From a virus (lineage: Duplodnaviria > Caudoviricetes): a stretch of 64,000 nucleotides of DNA. Below are positions 55,854-64,000 of this stretch, piece after piece. The first letter of the stretch is position 1. Every line of letters begins with the position of its first letter. Where the stretch lies: the IMG/VR virus record IMGVR_UViG_3300008267_000012. One strand, 5' to 3'. Under the pieces are notes generated by a model. It did not search any database. It was given only the letters and a program-made list of their open reading frames with translations, and was not told where the DNA came from. The position numbers and the translations under genes are program-made.

Positions 55854-57839
55854 TTAGTTAGTTATCCTGAACTTCACATAGTTAGAGTTTGGATATTGAA
55901 ATCCATTCTTATCCAATCCCCTAACTTCAATTGTATAATCATGTGAAATAAACCAAGAAAAGTCAACTTCGGCAAAATATTCATCATTAACTTTTGATGC
56001 TTTAGTAAATGGAATCACATCAATTTGATTCTTGCCTTGATTAACAAAAATTCTAAATTCAATATCACCAATAATATTTTTTAAAATCTTTGTCTGAATT
56101 AATCTTTTTGCTTTAAAAATTATTCTTTTTAAACCTGCTTTTTTAGTTATTATATCATTTTGTTTAATACCAACAACATTAATAAATACTTCTGTTGAAT
56201 AAATTAATGAATCATCATTTAAATCTGGTCTTGAAATATTAAATTCTCTTTCTATAACTTTGTTTTTACCATTTTGTGTATAATACCATTTGGTATAGAA
56301 TATTTCTTGGTCCTGATAGTTATCTGAATCAATATAAAATGGTGTTCTATAATTAGAATAATTTAATCTTGTAAATGCAGTTGTTGCTGTTGTTGAATAT
56401 ATAATCTCATCATTTGAATCAATTATTTCAAATTTATTAATAGATGTTACAGGTGCTTGTGAAATAAAATAAAAATTGCTAGTTTCATCAAATTTCAAAC
56501 AACAATTTTCATCAATAACCCTATCATCATATAAAGTTTCTAAATATGGTTCAAAGAATGTTTGTGTATATTTTGAAAAGAATGTAACAACATTTTTAGT
56601 TTCTGCTGTTAATGATTCAGTATTTGCTGAATACGCAATACAAATACCATTATTTGGTTGTCCTGAAAATAATATTCCATTTACATAATCAGTAATATCA
56701 ACTTCAATATCTTCATTACCAATTTCAAATCTTTGTGTTGTTAATATTGATAGATTTGTTGCTCTTGCATCATATGTATATGATGTTTCAACCTTTGTTG
56801 AAAAATCAAAATTATCAAAAAAGAAATTATAATTATCTGTAACTCCGCTAGTTCCATCAATTTTAACAGATACTGTATATGATGTATTACCTGTAAATCC
56901 AGTTGGAACTGTAAATTTATATTCTAAATCATTCCAAACACCTGCATTAAATGCTGAAGTATATTCAATTGTTGAATTTAATGTAATTTCAGGGTCTAAA
57001 GTAGGTGATACATCAAGATAAATTCTTTTATAGTCGCAAGTATAACTGCTTAAATCAAGAACTTTACCTGTAATATAATAAGATGTAATTGATGTAAGAT
57101 TCCCTGATATTGTTATAGGTGTATTAAGTGTAAAAAGAGTATTTGTTGGAGAATAAAATGAATAATTTAATGGGTCTACATTTGATAAATGTAAAGAATT
57201 AAGTCCACTATAAAAATATAATGTAGAAGATGTTAAAATGCTGTTTGTGGTATCACTTGTAATACCTGTTATATTTAATTCAAATGTTCCAAAATCACCA
57301 TCAATGATTTGATTTGGTGTATTTCCTGTTGTTATACCTGTTAATGTAATAATATCATCAATATAATCCGTATCATGTAAAAATACACCTGGTTGTACCC
57401 AACTTATTTGTGGATTTTTTCTATTAAACCAATTTGCTGCTGATTTATTAAGTTCTACTTCTCTGAATAATCTATCATTATAAACATAGTCATAACCTGT
57501 TCCTTCATCAAAAGATTCTTCAAGTTTAATAAATGCTAAATCAAATCCACTTGCTCTTTTTGCTGTTAAAAAATCAACACCAATATATCCATCATTCAAT
57601 GCAATGCAGTTTTTTATTTTTAAAACATGTGATTGTATTGTATTTTGATTTAATATATTAGTTGTTAGTTTTTCTTTTAATTTATCTAAGTCAATATTAA
57701 AAACATAGCGACTAACTTCTGTAGTAGCTGTATTAAAACTATTACCATAGGATAGTTCAATAATAGGATTTCTTGAATTGTTAGTATAAGAATTCCTTAT
57801 TAAAGTTGCTTGGTTTTTTAAATATGACCTGAATATCAT
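55854..57839 (-). CDS. Putative virion structural protein carrying one inserted CBM-like module
   Basis: Contains DGDFGTFE...SGLNSLHL...YYITGKVLD...WNDLEYKFTVP...FTGNTSY...FFDNFDF, homologous to the repeats of 24902-31351. Confidence 0.7.
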   Translation of the reverse strand: MIFRSYLKNQATLIRNSYTNNSRNPIIELSYGNSFNTATTEVSRYVFNIDLDKLKEKLTTNILNQNTIQSHVLKIKNCIALNDGYIGVDFLTAKRASGFDLAFIKLEESFDEGTGYDYVYNDRLFREVELNKSAANWFNRKNPQISWVQPGVFLHDTDYIDDIITLTGITTGNTPNQIIDGDFGTFELNITGITSDTTNSILTSSTLYFYSGLNSLHLSNVDPLNYSFYSPTNTLFTLNTPITISGNLTSITSYYITGKVLDLSSYTCDYKRIYLDVSPTLDPEITLNSTIEYTSAFNAGVWNDLEYKFTVPTGFTGNTSYTVSVKIDGTSGVTDNYNFFFDNFDFSTKVETSYTYDARATNLSILTTQRFEIGNEDIEVDITDYVNGILFSGQPNNGICIAYSANTESLTAETKNVVTFFSKYTQTFFEPYLETLYDDRVIDENCCLKFDETSNFYFISQAPVTSINKFEIIDSNDEIIYSTTATTAFTRLNYSNYRTPFYIDSDNYQDQEIFYTKWYYTQNGKNKVIEREFNISRPDLNDDSLIYSTEVFINVVGIKQNDIITKKAGLKRIIFKAKRLIQTKILKNIIGDIEFRIFVNQGKNQIDVIPFTKASKVNDEYFAEVDFSWFISHDYTIEVRGLDKNGFQYPNSNYVKFRITN

Positions 57840-58528
57840 TAGGTGTTTTTAATAATATCTTTAATTTGTGTATCACTAATTTCAGGATTTCTATAAACAC
57901 CTGAAGTCATACCCTTTTCGTTTTGATTATATTGTTTATCACCATAATATAATGAACCATTTACTAAATCAGTTCTACCATGCTTGGCAAAATATTCATT
58001 CCAATAATCTTCAATTGATTGCGCTCCTGTTGTAGTACTTATCATTTGATTTAGTGATTCAAGTGGTGTTGCAGGTGTTAATTTATCAACTCTTTGAGAA
58101 AGTTCACCAACTTTATTATTCATTTGGTCAACATTAGAAGTAATTTCATCTGTCTTTTGATTTAACACTTGAAGTATTTTAACTGAATCATTAATATATT
58201 GAGTTAAATTATCAATTTTAGATGAGTGAATCTTTAATAAATCAGATGCAGTATCTTCAAATCCTTGATTATCTGATGTATCAACATCAATAGTTGCTTT
58301 ATTTTCAATTGGTTCTTGCATTTCAGGTTGTTCAGCACCTTGCTCTTCGGGTTTATTACCATCAAGAGCATCACCTAATTCACCAAAAACATCACCTCCT
58401 GTTGTTTCATCTTCAGCAGGTGTTTCATCTTGCTCTTCAAGACCTCTTTTTACTTGGAATTCAAGTAAATATCTAAAACGGTCATATGTTTGGGTTTTTT
58501 TATTTCTAATCCTCATATTATTGCTCAA
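57839..58528 (-). CDS. Hypothetical acidic coiled-coil protein
   Basis: Intact ORF, acidic linker and heptad-like segment. Confidence 0.65.
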   Translation of the reverse strand: MSNNMRIRNKKTQTYDRFRYLLEFQVKRGLEEQDETPAEDETTGGDVFGELGDALDGNKPEEQGAEQPEMQEPIENKATIDVDTSDNQGFEDTASDLLKIHSSKIDNLTQYINDSVKILQVLNQKTDEITSNVDQMNNKVGELSQRVDKLTPATPLESLNQMISTTTGAQSIEDYWNEYFAKHGRTDLVNGSLYYGDKQYNQNEKGMTSGVYRNPEISDTQIKDIIKNT

Positions 58529-58721
58529 ATCTAACTTCTTTTAATAGTTGTCTACCATCGGTAGTGACATATTTTTTATTTAGTACTTCAGTATGTTCAA
58601 ACAAGCCATCCCTAACTTTTACAACCACTTCATTTTCTTGTTCTTGTTTTAGATTATTTTCTTCACTTGAAGAAATAATATCAGAAAGTTTTTTGTTGAA
58701 ATCTGTGTTTTCCATAATCAC
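58518..58721 (-). CDS. Small hypothetical protein (67 aa)
   Basis: Intact ORF; CTAATTATA (one mismatch to the late motif) at 58731-58739. Confidence 0.6.
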   Translation of the reverse strand: MIMENTDFNKKLSDIISSSEENNLKQEQENEVVVKVRDGLFEHTEVLNKKYVTTDGRQLLKEVRFEQ

Positions 58722-58735
58722 TTATTTTCTTATAA

Positions 58736-59380
58736 TTAGTGATTATTTTTGTCTTTTAAATAAATAAAATATGGAATTGTTTTTTCTATTAAAAAAGAAT
58801 CTTGACCTAAAAATAGATTTGTAAAATAATTAAATATTTTATTGTCAGAATCATTATAGTAATTCATATCTTTTACAAAACCAATGTAATCATCAATCTT
58901 AATAAGATTAAACCAAAAAAACTCATTCAAATTTATAATGTATATTTTTTTATTATCACTAGAATAACAATATAACATTTTGTTCAATTGATAATAAGTA
59001 TCAATATTTAGACTTTTTAAATATTTTAATAACTCACCTTCATTATAAAGTTTTTTAAAAAAAATGTCAACTATATCAAAATCAATTAGTTTTAAATAAA
59101 TATTGTGAATGTTTAAGATAAAATCTTCATACTTTTTCAAAAACTCAGATAGATATTCTTCAGGAGAATAACACCAATAAATATTTTTCTCAATATGATT
59201 ATTGTCTAAATCAATTTGGTTTGGGTATAGTTCTTTTGCTTTGTTAATACCAATAATAAGCAATGGTTTGTCATGCTTAATTTCATTAACAAATGAAAAC
59301 TTTTTTGTAAGTGGATAATGAGAATAGGTTGATAAATAAGGGTTTAATTCCTCAATACCATATAAATATGCCAATTTCAT
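58736..59380 (-). CDS. Hypothetical protein
   Basis: Intact ORF; likely ATG at 59380 (the track's 59389 start is TTG inside the promoter box). Confidence 0.65.
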   Translation of the reverse strand: MKLAYLYGIEELNPYLSTYSHYPLTKKFSFVNEIKHDKPLLIIGINKAKELYPNQIDLDNNHIEKNIYWCYSPEEYLSEFLKKYEDFILNIHNIYLKLIDFDIVDIFFKKLYNEGELLKYLKSLNIDTYYQLNKMLYCYSSDNKKIYIINLNEFFWFNLIKIDDYIGFVKDMNYYNDSDNKIFNYFTNLFLGQDSFLIEKTIPYFIYLKDKNNH

Positions 59381-59386
59381 ATTCCG

Positions 59387-59394
59387 CAAATCTA
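59387..59394 (-). promoter_or_regulatory. Bacteroidota-type -7 promoter box TAGATTTG
   Basis: 6 nt upstream of ATG 59380, inside TTCCG/CGGAA inverted repeat (59382-59399). Confidence 0.55.
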
Positions 59395-59425
59395 CGGAAA
59401 GATTTTCTAAGTTGGTGACTTTTTT

Positions 59426-62400
59426 TTAAGTTGTTAAAACATTTTGACCATTCCAAGTATCTTTCAAACTAAATAAAAAGTTTACATAATCAATATAATC
59501 ATCTAATGTCATTAATTCAATATGTAAATGTATTCCTGAACTAGTTGGACCAACAGTATCTTGTATTGCTAGTCTTTGTCCTTTTTTAAAGGTATCTCCT
59601 GTTTTTATAAATGCACCACTCCAATGTAAAAATACACATGTTTTAGTACCTGTTGTATCAATTAAACACATAACTGGATTACCATCATTACCTTTTGGGT
59701 CAACAAGAACTGCTTTCCCATCAAATGGTGCAGGAAATGGTACTTTAGCTGAATTTTTACTCTTTAATGTTAAATCAATAACCATGTGGTCATAGTTTTC
59801 ATTTCTTGTTTTTATGACCGAATAGTTACTTTCGTTTGAATAGTTTCCAAGATAACCTGATGCTCTATATGCAACTTTATATATCAAATCACCTGCCGAA
59901 ACAATCTTGTGTTTCTTTAATAATGTAGGACTGTGGTGATGTTTTAGCTCGTAGTAAGATTTTTTACCACATGAAGTAGAATCACAAATACTATCAAATT
60001 TCCTACTTGCTGGTAAACCTTGCCTAACTTTTGTTACATCTTCTCCATCAACTTCTTTTACATCAATCTCAGATTGAATTCTTCTATATGCATTATTTTT
60101 AATAAAATCAATAAGTTCTTGGTCAACAATAGGATTAACATCTTTTTTAAGTCTATATCCTTTAAATGTAGTTTCAAGTCTTTGAGTATCAGAGTCTATT
60201 GAATGTGAAACATTGTAAATAATATATAATCCTTCAAATATTGGAATAAATTTTTCATAATAATATTGAGTTGGTTGAATACCCATATTGCCATATGGTA
60301 TTTTAATAGTTGAAGAATAACTTTGTTTTTGATAAACATTCAATAATGATTGACCCTTTGGTATTGCAAAAGAATTGTTTGCTTGATTAATAATATCTGA
60401 TTGAATTCTTAAACCTTCATCAGTATTTTTTAATGATTCTGTTGAATGTTGAAAGTTTGAAAATACCATTTGGTTTTGTAAACCTGTATATTTAACTAAA
60501 AATGCATTTAATCCTGTACCAAAATCAGGAGGAATATTATCTTCTTTAATACTATCGTCAGTTATGTCATAACCTCTTACTGTTGATGGATTGCTTGACA
60601 AACCACCAACATACATACCAATAAATAATGGTTTTGTTACTGTTGATACATCATAATTTATATCAAATAATTTATTATAATTTTCTGATGTTGTTAAAAA
60701 TCCTTGAAATGGATAAAACCAAAAATTATTATCCGATAGTAATCTTGAAATTGCACTAAGAATACTAACATTTGAATCATTAATATCATTGAGCATTGTT
60801 TTCATATCCAAAACACATCTTTTTGAGATATCATTATATGCTCTATCAACAAATTTAAAGTCATCTCTTAATGTAAGTTGATGTTGACCACTTTGCCTTT
60901 TATGTAAATAACTTTCGTAAATTACTTGAAATGTTTTATATGTTGATAGTTTAATATCATTGTCTTTAAGACTTGATTCAAATGCACTAAATTTATCATC
61001 AACTTTTTTATCATTTATTTTAACATTTTCATTGATTTTTTTAACCAAAAGTTTTAAATAATGTAAATAAACATAATCAGGAATTGTGTTTAAAGCAAAT
61101 CCTGTATTGGTAAGTGATGTACTAAGATTTAGATTTTTTGGTGATGCTCTAAAATCATTAATACTAACATACATTGGTTTATAAAATTCATCTAAAACCA
61201 AATTATAATCAATTGAATTAGCAAAAGCAGGGTCTATTGTTATTTCATATGTATCTGTTTGTCCAGGTATTTTACTAATTTTATAATGAAAGTTATTACT
61301 AAATTCTTGCCACATATTTAGTATTTGCTTTTCAAAGGTTGAATTTTTGATTATGTTTAAACCTTTTATTATTTTTGCTTCATATCCTGAAGGATACAAT
61401 GTAACAGAAGCTAATGCACCAAGAATAATTAATCCACCTTTTGGAATTTGATTTAAACTTAAATATTTAGCACCATTAATTAATTTTGTAAAGTAAAATG
61501 TAGCATCTACTGGTGTACCTCCTGGACTATTTTGATTTCCAGGTATATTATATGAATCAACATATAATTTTTGTATTTTATTAGTTTTTTGAAATGTTTT
61601 CTTTACGGAATTTTCAAGGTCATAATCATAATCACTTTCTTTATTATTTTCCTCTAATTTATCATCTTTTGTAAATAAAACATTATCTACAGTAAATGTG
61701 CAATTATTTTTACTTGATAAATCTTTTATATATTTTGTTATTATATCCTCTGAACTACTATCTGTAATAGGTGTTGGTGGAACATTTGTTATTGTAATAT
61801 AATCTGCGTCTGCTTTTCTAATATCTAAAACAGAATCTGTAATTGGGGTTTTTTGTGTTGATATTTCAGAATTTACATATTGTGTAAAATAATAATTTGC
61901 ATCTGTAGGATTTTCTGAACTACCATTAAGTTGTGTTTCTAAAGTTTTAAACCATGTTTTTAAATTATCTTCAGTTGCAATTGAATGTGCAATATTTCTT
62001 GCTTCAAACTGAATATAACTTAAAAATATATTTTTAGCAATTTCTTCAGTAAAAACATTATCTTTACTAGTAAAAAATCCTATTATTGATTTAAAAAATG
62101 ATGTATCATCGGAATTTCCAAAATCCCATTTTGATGCTTTAGCAGGATAAGTGGTATTTGAAAAATCAATTAAAGGTATTGTTATATTACCTAATAATAT
62201 GAATCTTTGATAAATTAACCTTGCTAAATTATTTGTATTTGTATTATTAAAATAAATATTGTCAATTGTTACCGCTTCATTTTTAGTATATATTTCTCTT
62301 GGATTATATGGTATATATTTTGAAGACCCATTCTCATTTTTTTCGTTTACAATTTCTGAAATATAATTATTTCTAATTGCCCAAAAAAAGGCATCAATAA

Positions 62401-63961
62401 ACTGATTTACAAATCTTACTTCGGGCCATTGTTTAAACGCATCAAGTTCACCTGGAAAAACAATAGTTTGTGCGCCTGTTACGGCATCCGTTTTAACAAC
62501 TGTTGGAAATGGTATGCTATCTCTTATATTGTTTTTATTTCTAGTTGTATCAATTTTTGCTTCTTCTGCTATTGCATAAACTTTATCAAGTAGTTTATTA
62601 TAATCATTTAATATAATATCAAACACACTACCAACAGTAAGTCTTGTTGAACCTAAGTATTTAGTTATTAAATTTTTTAACCTATTCTCTAGATTAGAAG
62701 CATATCTTTCTGAACTAGTAATTATATCAAGTTCTAATTTTTGTCTTTCTTTTTCAGCAAGAGAGAAATCTATTTTGGTTCTTATGTCTGTTTGAAAACC
62801 ATTAACATTAAAAAAATTACCATCAGGAATTAGTAAATTACGAGTTATTGGAGGTTGACTTTTTAATGCTATATTAATTGTATTAACATTTGTTGTAATA
62901 ATTCTGTTAATTAAGGCAATATCAGTACTTTCTAAATTCCCTAATGCGTTTATGGGTGTTGCTACTGGTCCACTAAATTGAGGAACAAAATAAACAACAT
63001 CACTTTTTTGGTTTGTTGCATCAATATAATTAACTTGTATTCTGTCTTTTACAGGTTGCGCTAATGCTTTAAAATCAGCATCATCATCAAACCAAGTCTG
63101 TATTGTTTCTTTTGTTTTTGTTCTAAATAAACTTACAGTATTTATTAAACTTTGTAATGTATCTCTCTTCTTTTCTAATTCAGTAATATTTTCTTTTTCT
63201 TGTTCTGATTGTATTTGTGAATCTACTTTTGTAAATAATTTTTTGATATTTATCATTAGTTCATGAAAACTTTGAATATCAGTATCGTTTACATTTACTT
63301 TTTTATTCTCTAAATATGGAACAGCCATTAAATATAATAATGGTACATCTGCTAATGCAGAAAATTTATTACCAACAAATTTACTTGTTATAATAAAGTT
63401 ACCATTATCATCAATTGAAATATCATCCCTTGTTTTTAATAATTCATAAGTAACTTTTGGGCCAAACCCACCTTTTAATGTCAATTCAAAAATTGGATAA
63501 GGTAATTGAAACATTTGGGCAAACTTACTGTCAAAGTTGGAAAGAACATTACCCCTTAAATCATAAAAAACTATAGTAACTACAGGTATTTTGTTTGCAT
63601 CATAAACAACTTCAATACTTTTAATTCCAAATCCTTCATAATCTTTATTCTTACCATTATTACCCATTAACTCATCTGTGTATCTTGTAGAAAAATACTC
63701 ATCAACAGATTCATCAGCATTTTTTCTAGTATGATATCCATATAGTCTTATTGTACCAACACTAGAACTTCTTTTAAAGTTTACTACATTATTTTCATCT
63801 ACTTCATAATAACCTTCAACTTTAGGTCTCATTTTGAGTTCAACAAAAGACCTTATTTCTTCAAAATCAGGAATCCTAATATTATTATCAGCGTTTCCTC
63901 TTACAAACCAACTTTGTTTCTTTAGTATTTCCTCATTAGGGTCTATTAAATTGATACTCAT
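59426..63961 (-). CDS. Baseplate hub-like protein (1511 aa) with C-terminal M23/LytM peptidase domain
   Basis: N-terminal FGIKSIEV...VTIVFYDLRG and late GNMGIQP...GLYIIYNVSHSI...TTFKGYR are hub-like; C-terminal HMVID (HxxxD), APFDGK, FLHW, GDTFKKGQRL, GIHLHIE (HxH). Confidence 0.75.
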   Translation of the reverse strand: MSINLIDPNEEILKKQSWFVRGNADNNIRIPDFEEIRSFVELKMRPKVEGYYEVDENNVVNFKRSSSVGTIRLYGYHTRKNADESVDEYFSTRYTDELMGNNGKNKDYEGFGIKSIEVVYDANKIPVVTIVFYDLRGNVLSNFDSKFAQMFQLPYPIFELTLKGGFGPKVTYELLKTRDDISIDDNGNFIITSKFVGNKFSALADVPLLYLMAVPYLENKKVNVNDTDIQSFHELMINIKKLFTKVDSQIQSEQEKENITELEKKRDTLQSLINTVSLFRTKTKETIQTWFDDDADFKALAQPVKDRIQVNYIDATNQKSDVVYFVPQFSGPVATPINALGNLESTDIALINRIITTNVNTINIALKSQPPITRNLLIPDGNFFNVNGFQTDIRTKIDFSLAEKERQKLELDIITSSERYASNLENRLKNLITKYLGSTRLTVGSVFDIILNDYNKLLDKVYAIAEEAKIDTTRNKNNIRDSIPFPTVVKTDAVTGAQTIVFPGELDAFKQWPEVRFVNQFIDAFFWAIRNNYISEIVNEKNENGSSKYIPYNPREIYTKNEAVTIDNIYFNNTNTNNLARLIYQRFILLGNITIPLIDFSNTTYPAKASKWDFGNSDDTSFFKSIIGFFTSKDNVFTEEIAKNIFLSYIQFEARNIAHSIATEDNLKTWFKTLETQLNGSSENPTDANYYFTQYVNSEISTQKTPITDSVLDIRKADADYITITNVPPTPITDSSSEDIITKYIKDLSSKNNCTFTVDNVLFTKDDKLEENNKESDYDYDLENSVKKTFQKTNKIQKLYVDSYNIPGNQNSPGGTPVDATFYFTKLINGAKYLSLNQIPKGGLIILGALASVTLYPSGYEAKIIKGLNIIKNSTFEKQILNMWQEFSNNFHYKISKIPGQTDTYEITIDPAFANSIDYNLVLDEFYKPMYVSINDFRASPKNLNLSTSLTNTGFALNTIPDYVYLHYLKLLVKKINENVKINDKKVDDKFSAFESSLKDNDIKLSTYKTFQVIYESYLHKRQSGQHQLTLRDDFKFVDRAYNDISKRCVLDMKTMLNDINDSNVSILSAISRLLSDNNFWFYPFQGFLTTSENYNKLFDINYDVSTVTKPLFIGMYVGGLSSNPSTVRGYDITDDSIKEDNIPPDFGTGLNAFLVKYTGLQNQMVFSNFQHSTESLKNTDEGLRIQSDIINQANNSFAIPKGQSLLNVYQKQSYSSTIKIPYGNMGIQPTQYYYEKFIPIFEGLYIIYNVSHSIDSDTQRLETTFKGYRLKKDVNPIVDQELIDFIKNNAYRRIQSEIDVKEVDGEDVTKVRQGLPASRKFDSICDSTSCGKKSYYELKHHHSPTLLKKHKIVSAGDLIYKVAYRASGYLGNYSNESNYSVIKTRNENYDHMVIDLTLKSKNSAKVPFPAPFDGKAVLVDPKGNDGNPVMCLIDTTGTKTCVFLHWSGAFIKTGDTFKKGQRLAIQDTVGPTSSGIHLHIELMTLDDYIDYVNFLFSLKDTWNGQNVLTT

Positions 63962-64000
63962 AAAATATTATATTCTATAATAAAAACTATTATAATTTTA

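Noticed and set aside
182-60202. Short opposite-strand or out-of-frame ORFs in the track (e.g. 182-469, 570-761, 2432-2620, 5556-5978, 6407-6880, 13377-13874, 25992-26441, 32174-32596, 47478-47807, 50874-51170)
   Set aside because: They lie wholly inside well-supported genes, have low-complexity S/L/I/F composition and no motifs; they are shadow ORFs.
1-64000. Stop-codon reassignment (TAG or TGA recoding, as in some Bacteroidota phages)
   Set aside because: Very long ORFs are intact in the standard code. TAG ends ssb exactly after the canonical acidic DDDLPF tail, and TGA ends genes in ATGA overlaps.
1-64000. tRNA, rRNA or other structured ncRNA genes
   Set aside because: Intergenic gaps are all about 100 nt or less and AT-rich, with no cloverleaf or T-loop (GTTC) pattern seen; a tRNAscan-SE/Infernal run would be the definitive check.

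Overview
AT-rich, gene-dense 64-kb segment of a large T4-like (myovirus-type, probably jumbo) bacteriophage genome, read in the standard genetic code. The host is probably Bacteroidota: five TAnnTTTG promoter boxes sit directly upstream of non-structural genes, and Shine-Dalgarno motifs are not evident. Left to right: a truncated SNF2 helicase; small late-operon genes (WYL, NUDIX); tail completion and structural genes; a ~25-kb block of Ser/Thr/Gly-rich fibre and adhesin genes; a fractured Mre11/SbcD-Rad50/SbcC gene whose halves are 4.9 kb apart; a gp55-like late sigma factor; a 12-gene glycosyltransferase/methyltransferase cluster; replication and recombination genes (DnaB/gp41, 5'-3' exonuclease, RecA/UvsX, SSB); and a baseplate-hub/M23 peptidase protein. 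The most notable observations are as follows. (1) An atypically split intein (29-aa IntN, ~129-aa IntC) sits in the Rad50 Walker A motif. It must trans-splice two separately transcribed genes, with no homing endonuclease between them, to give a single-chain Mre11-Rad50. (2) A 2149-aa virion protein has nine CBM-like modules whose N-halves and C-halves occur in a perfectly balanced nested (bracket-like) order, implying a branched domain-inside-domain tree that is itself inserted into one LamG domain. (3) A recurrent [ST]-[GA]-x-[ST] motif in virion proteins, together with many glycosyltransferases, suggests phage-encoded virion glycosylation. (4) Two promoter classes are often embedded in hairpins that cover the start-codon region. 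All assignments come from reading motifs by eye; no database searches were run.
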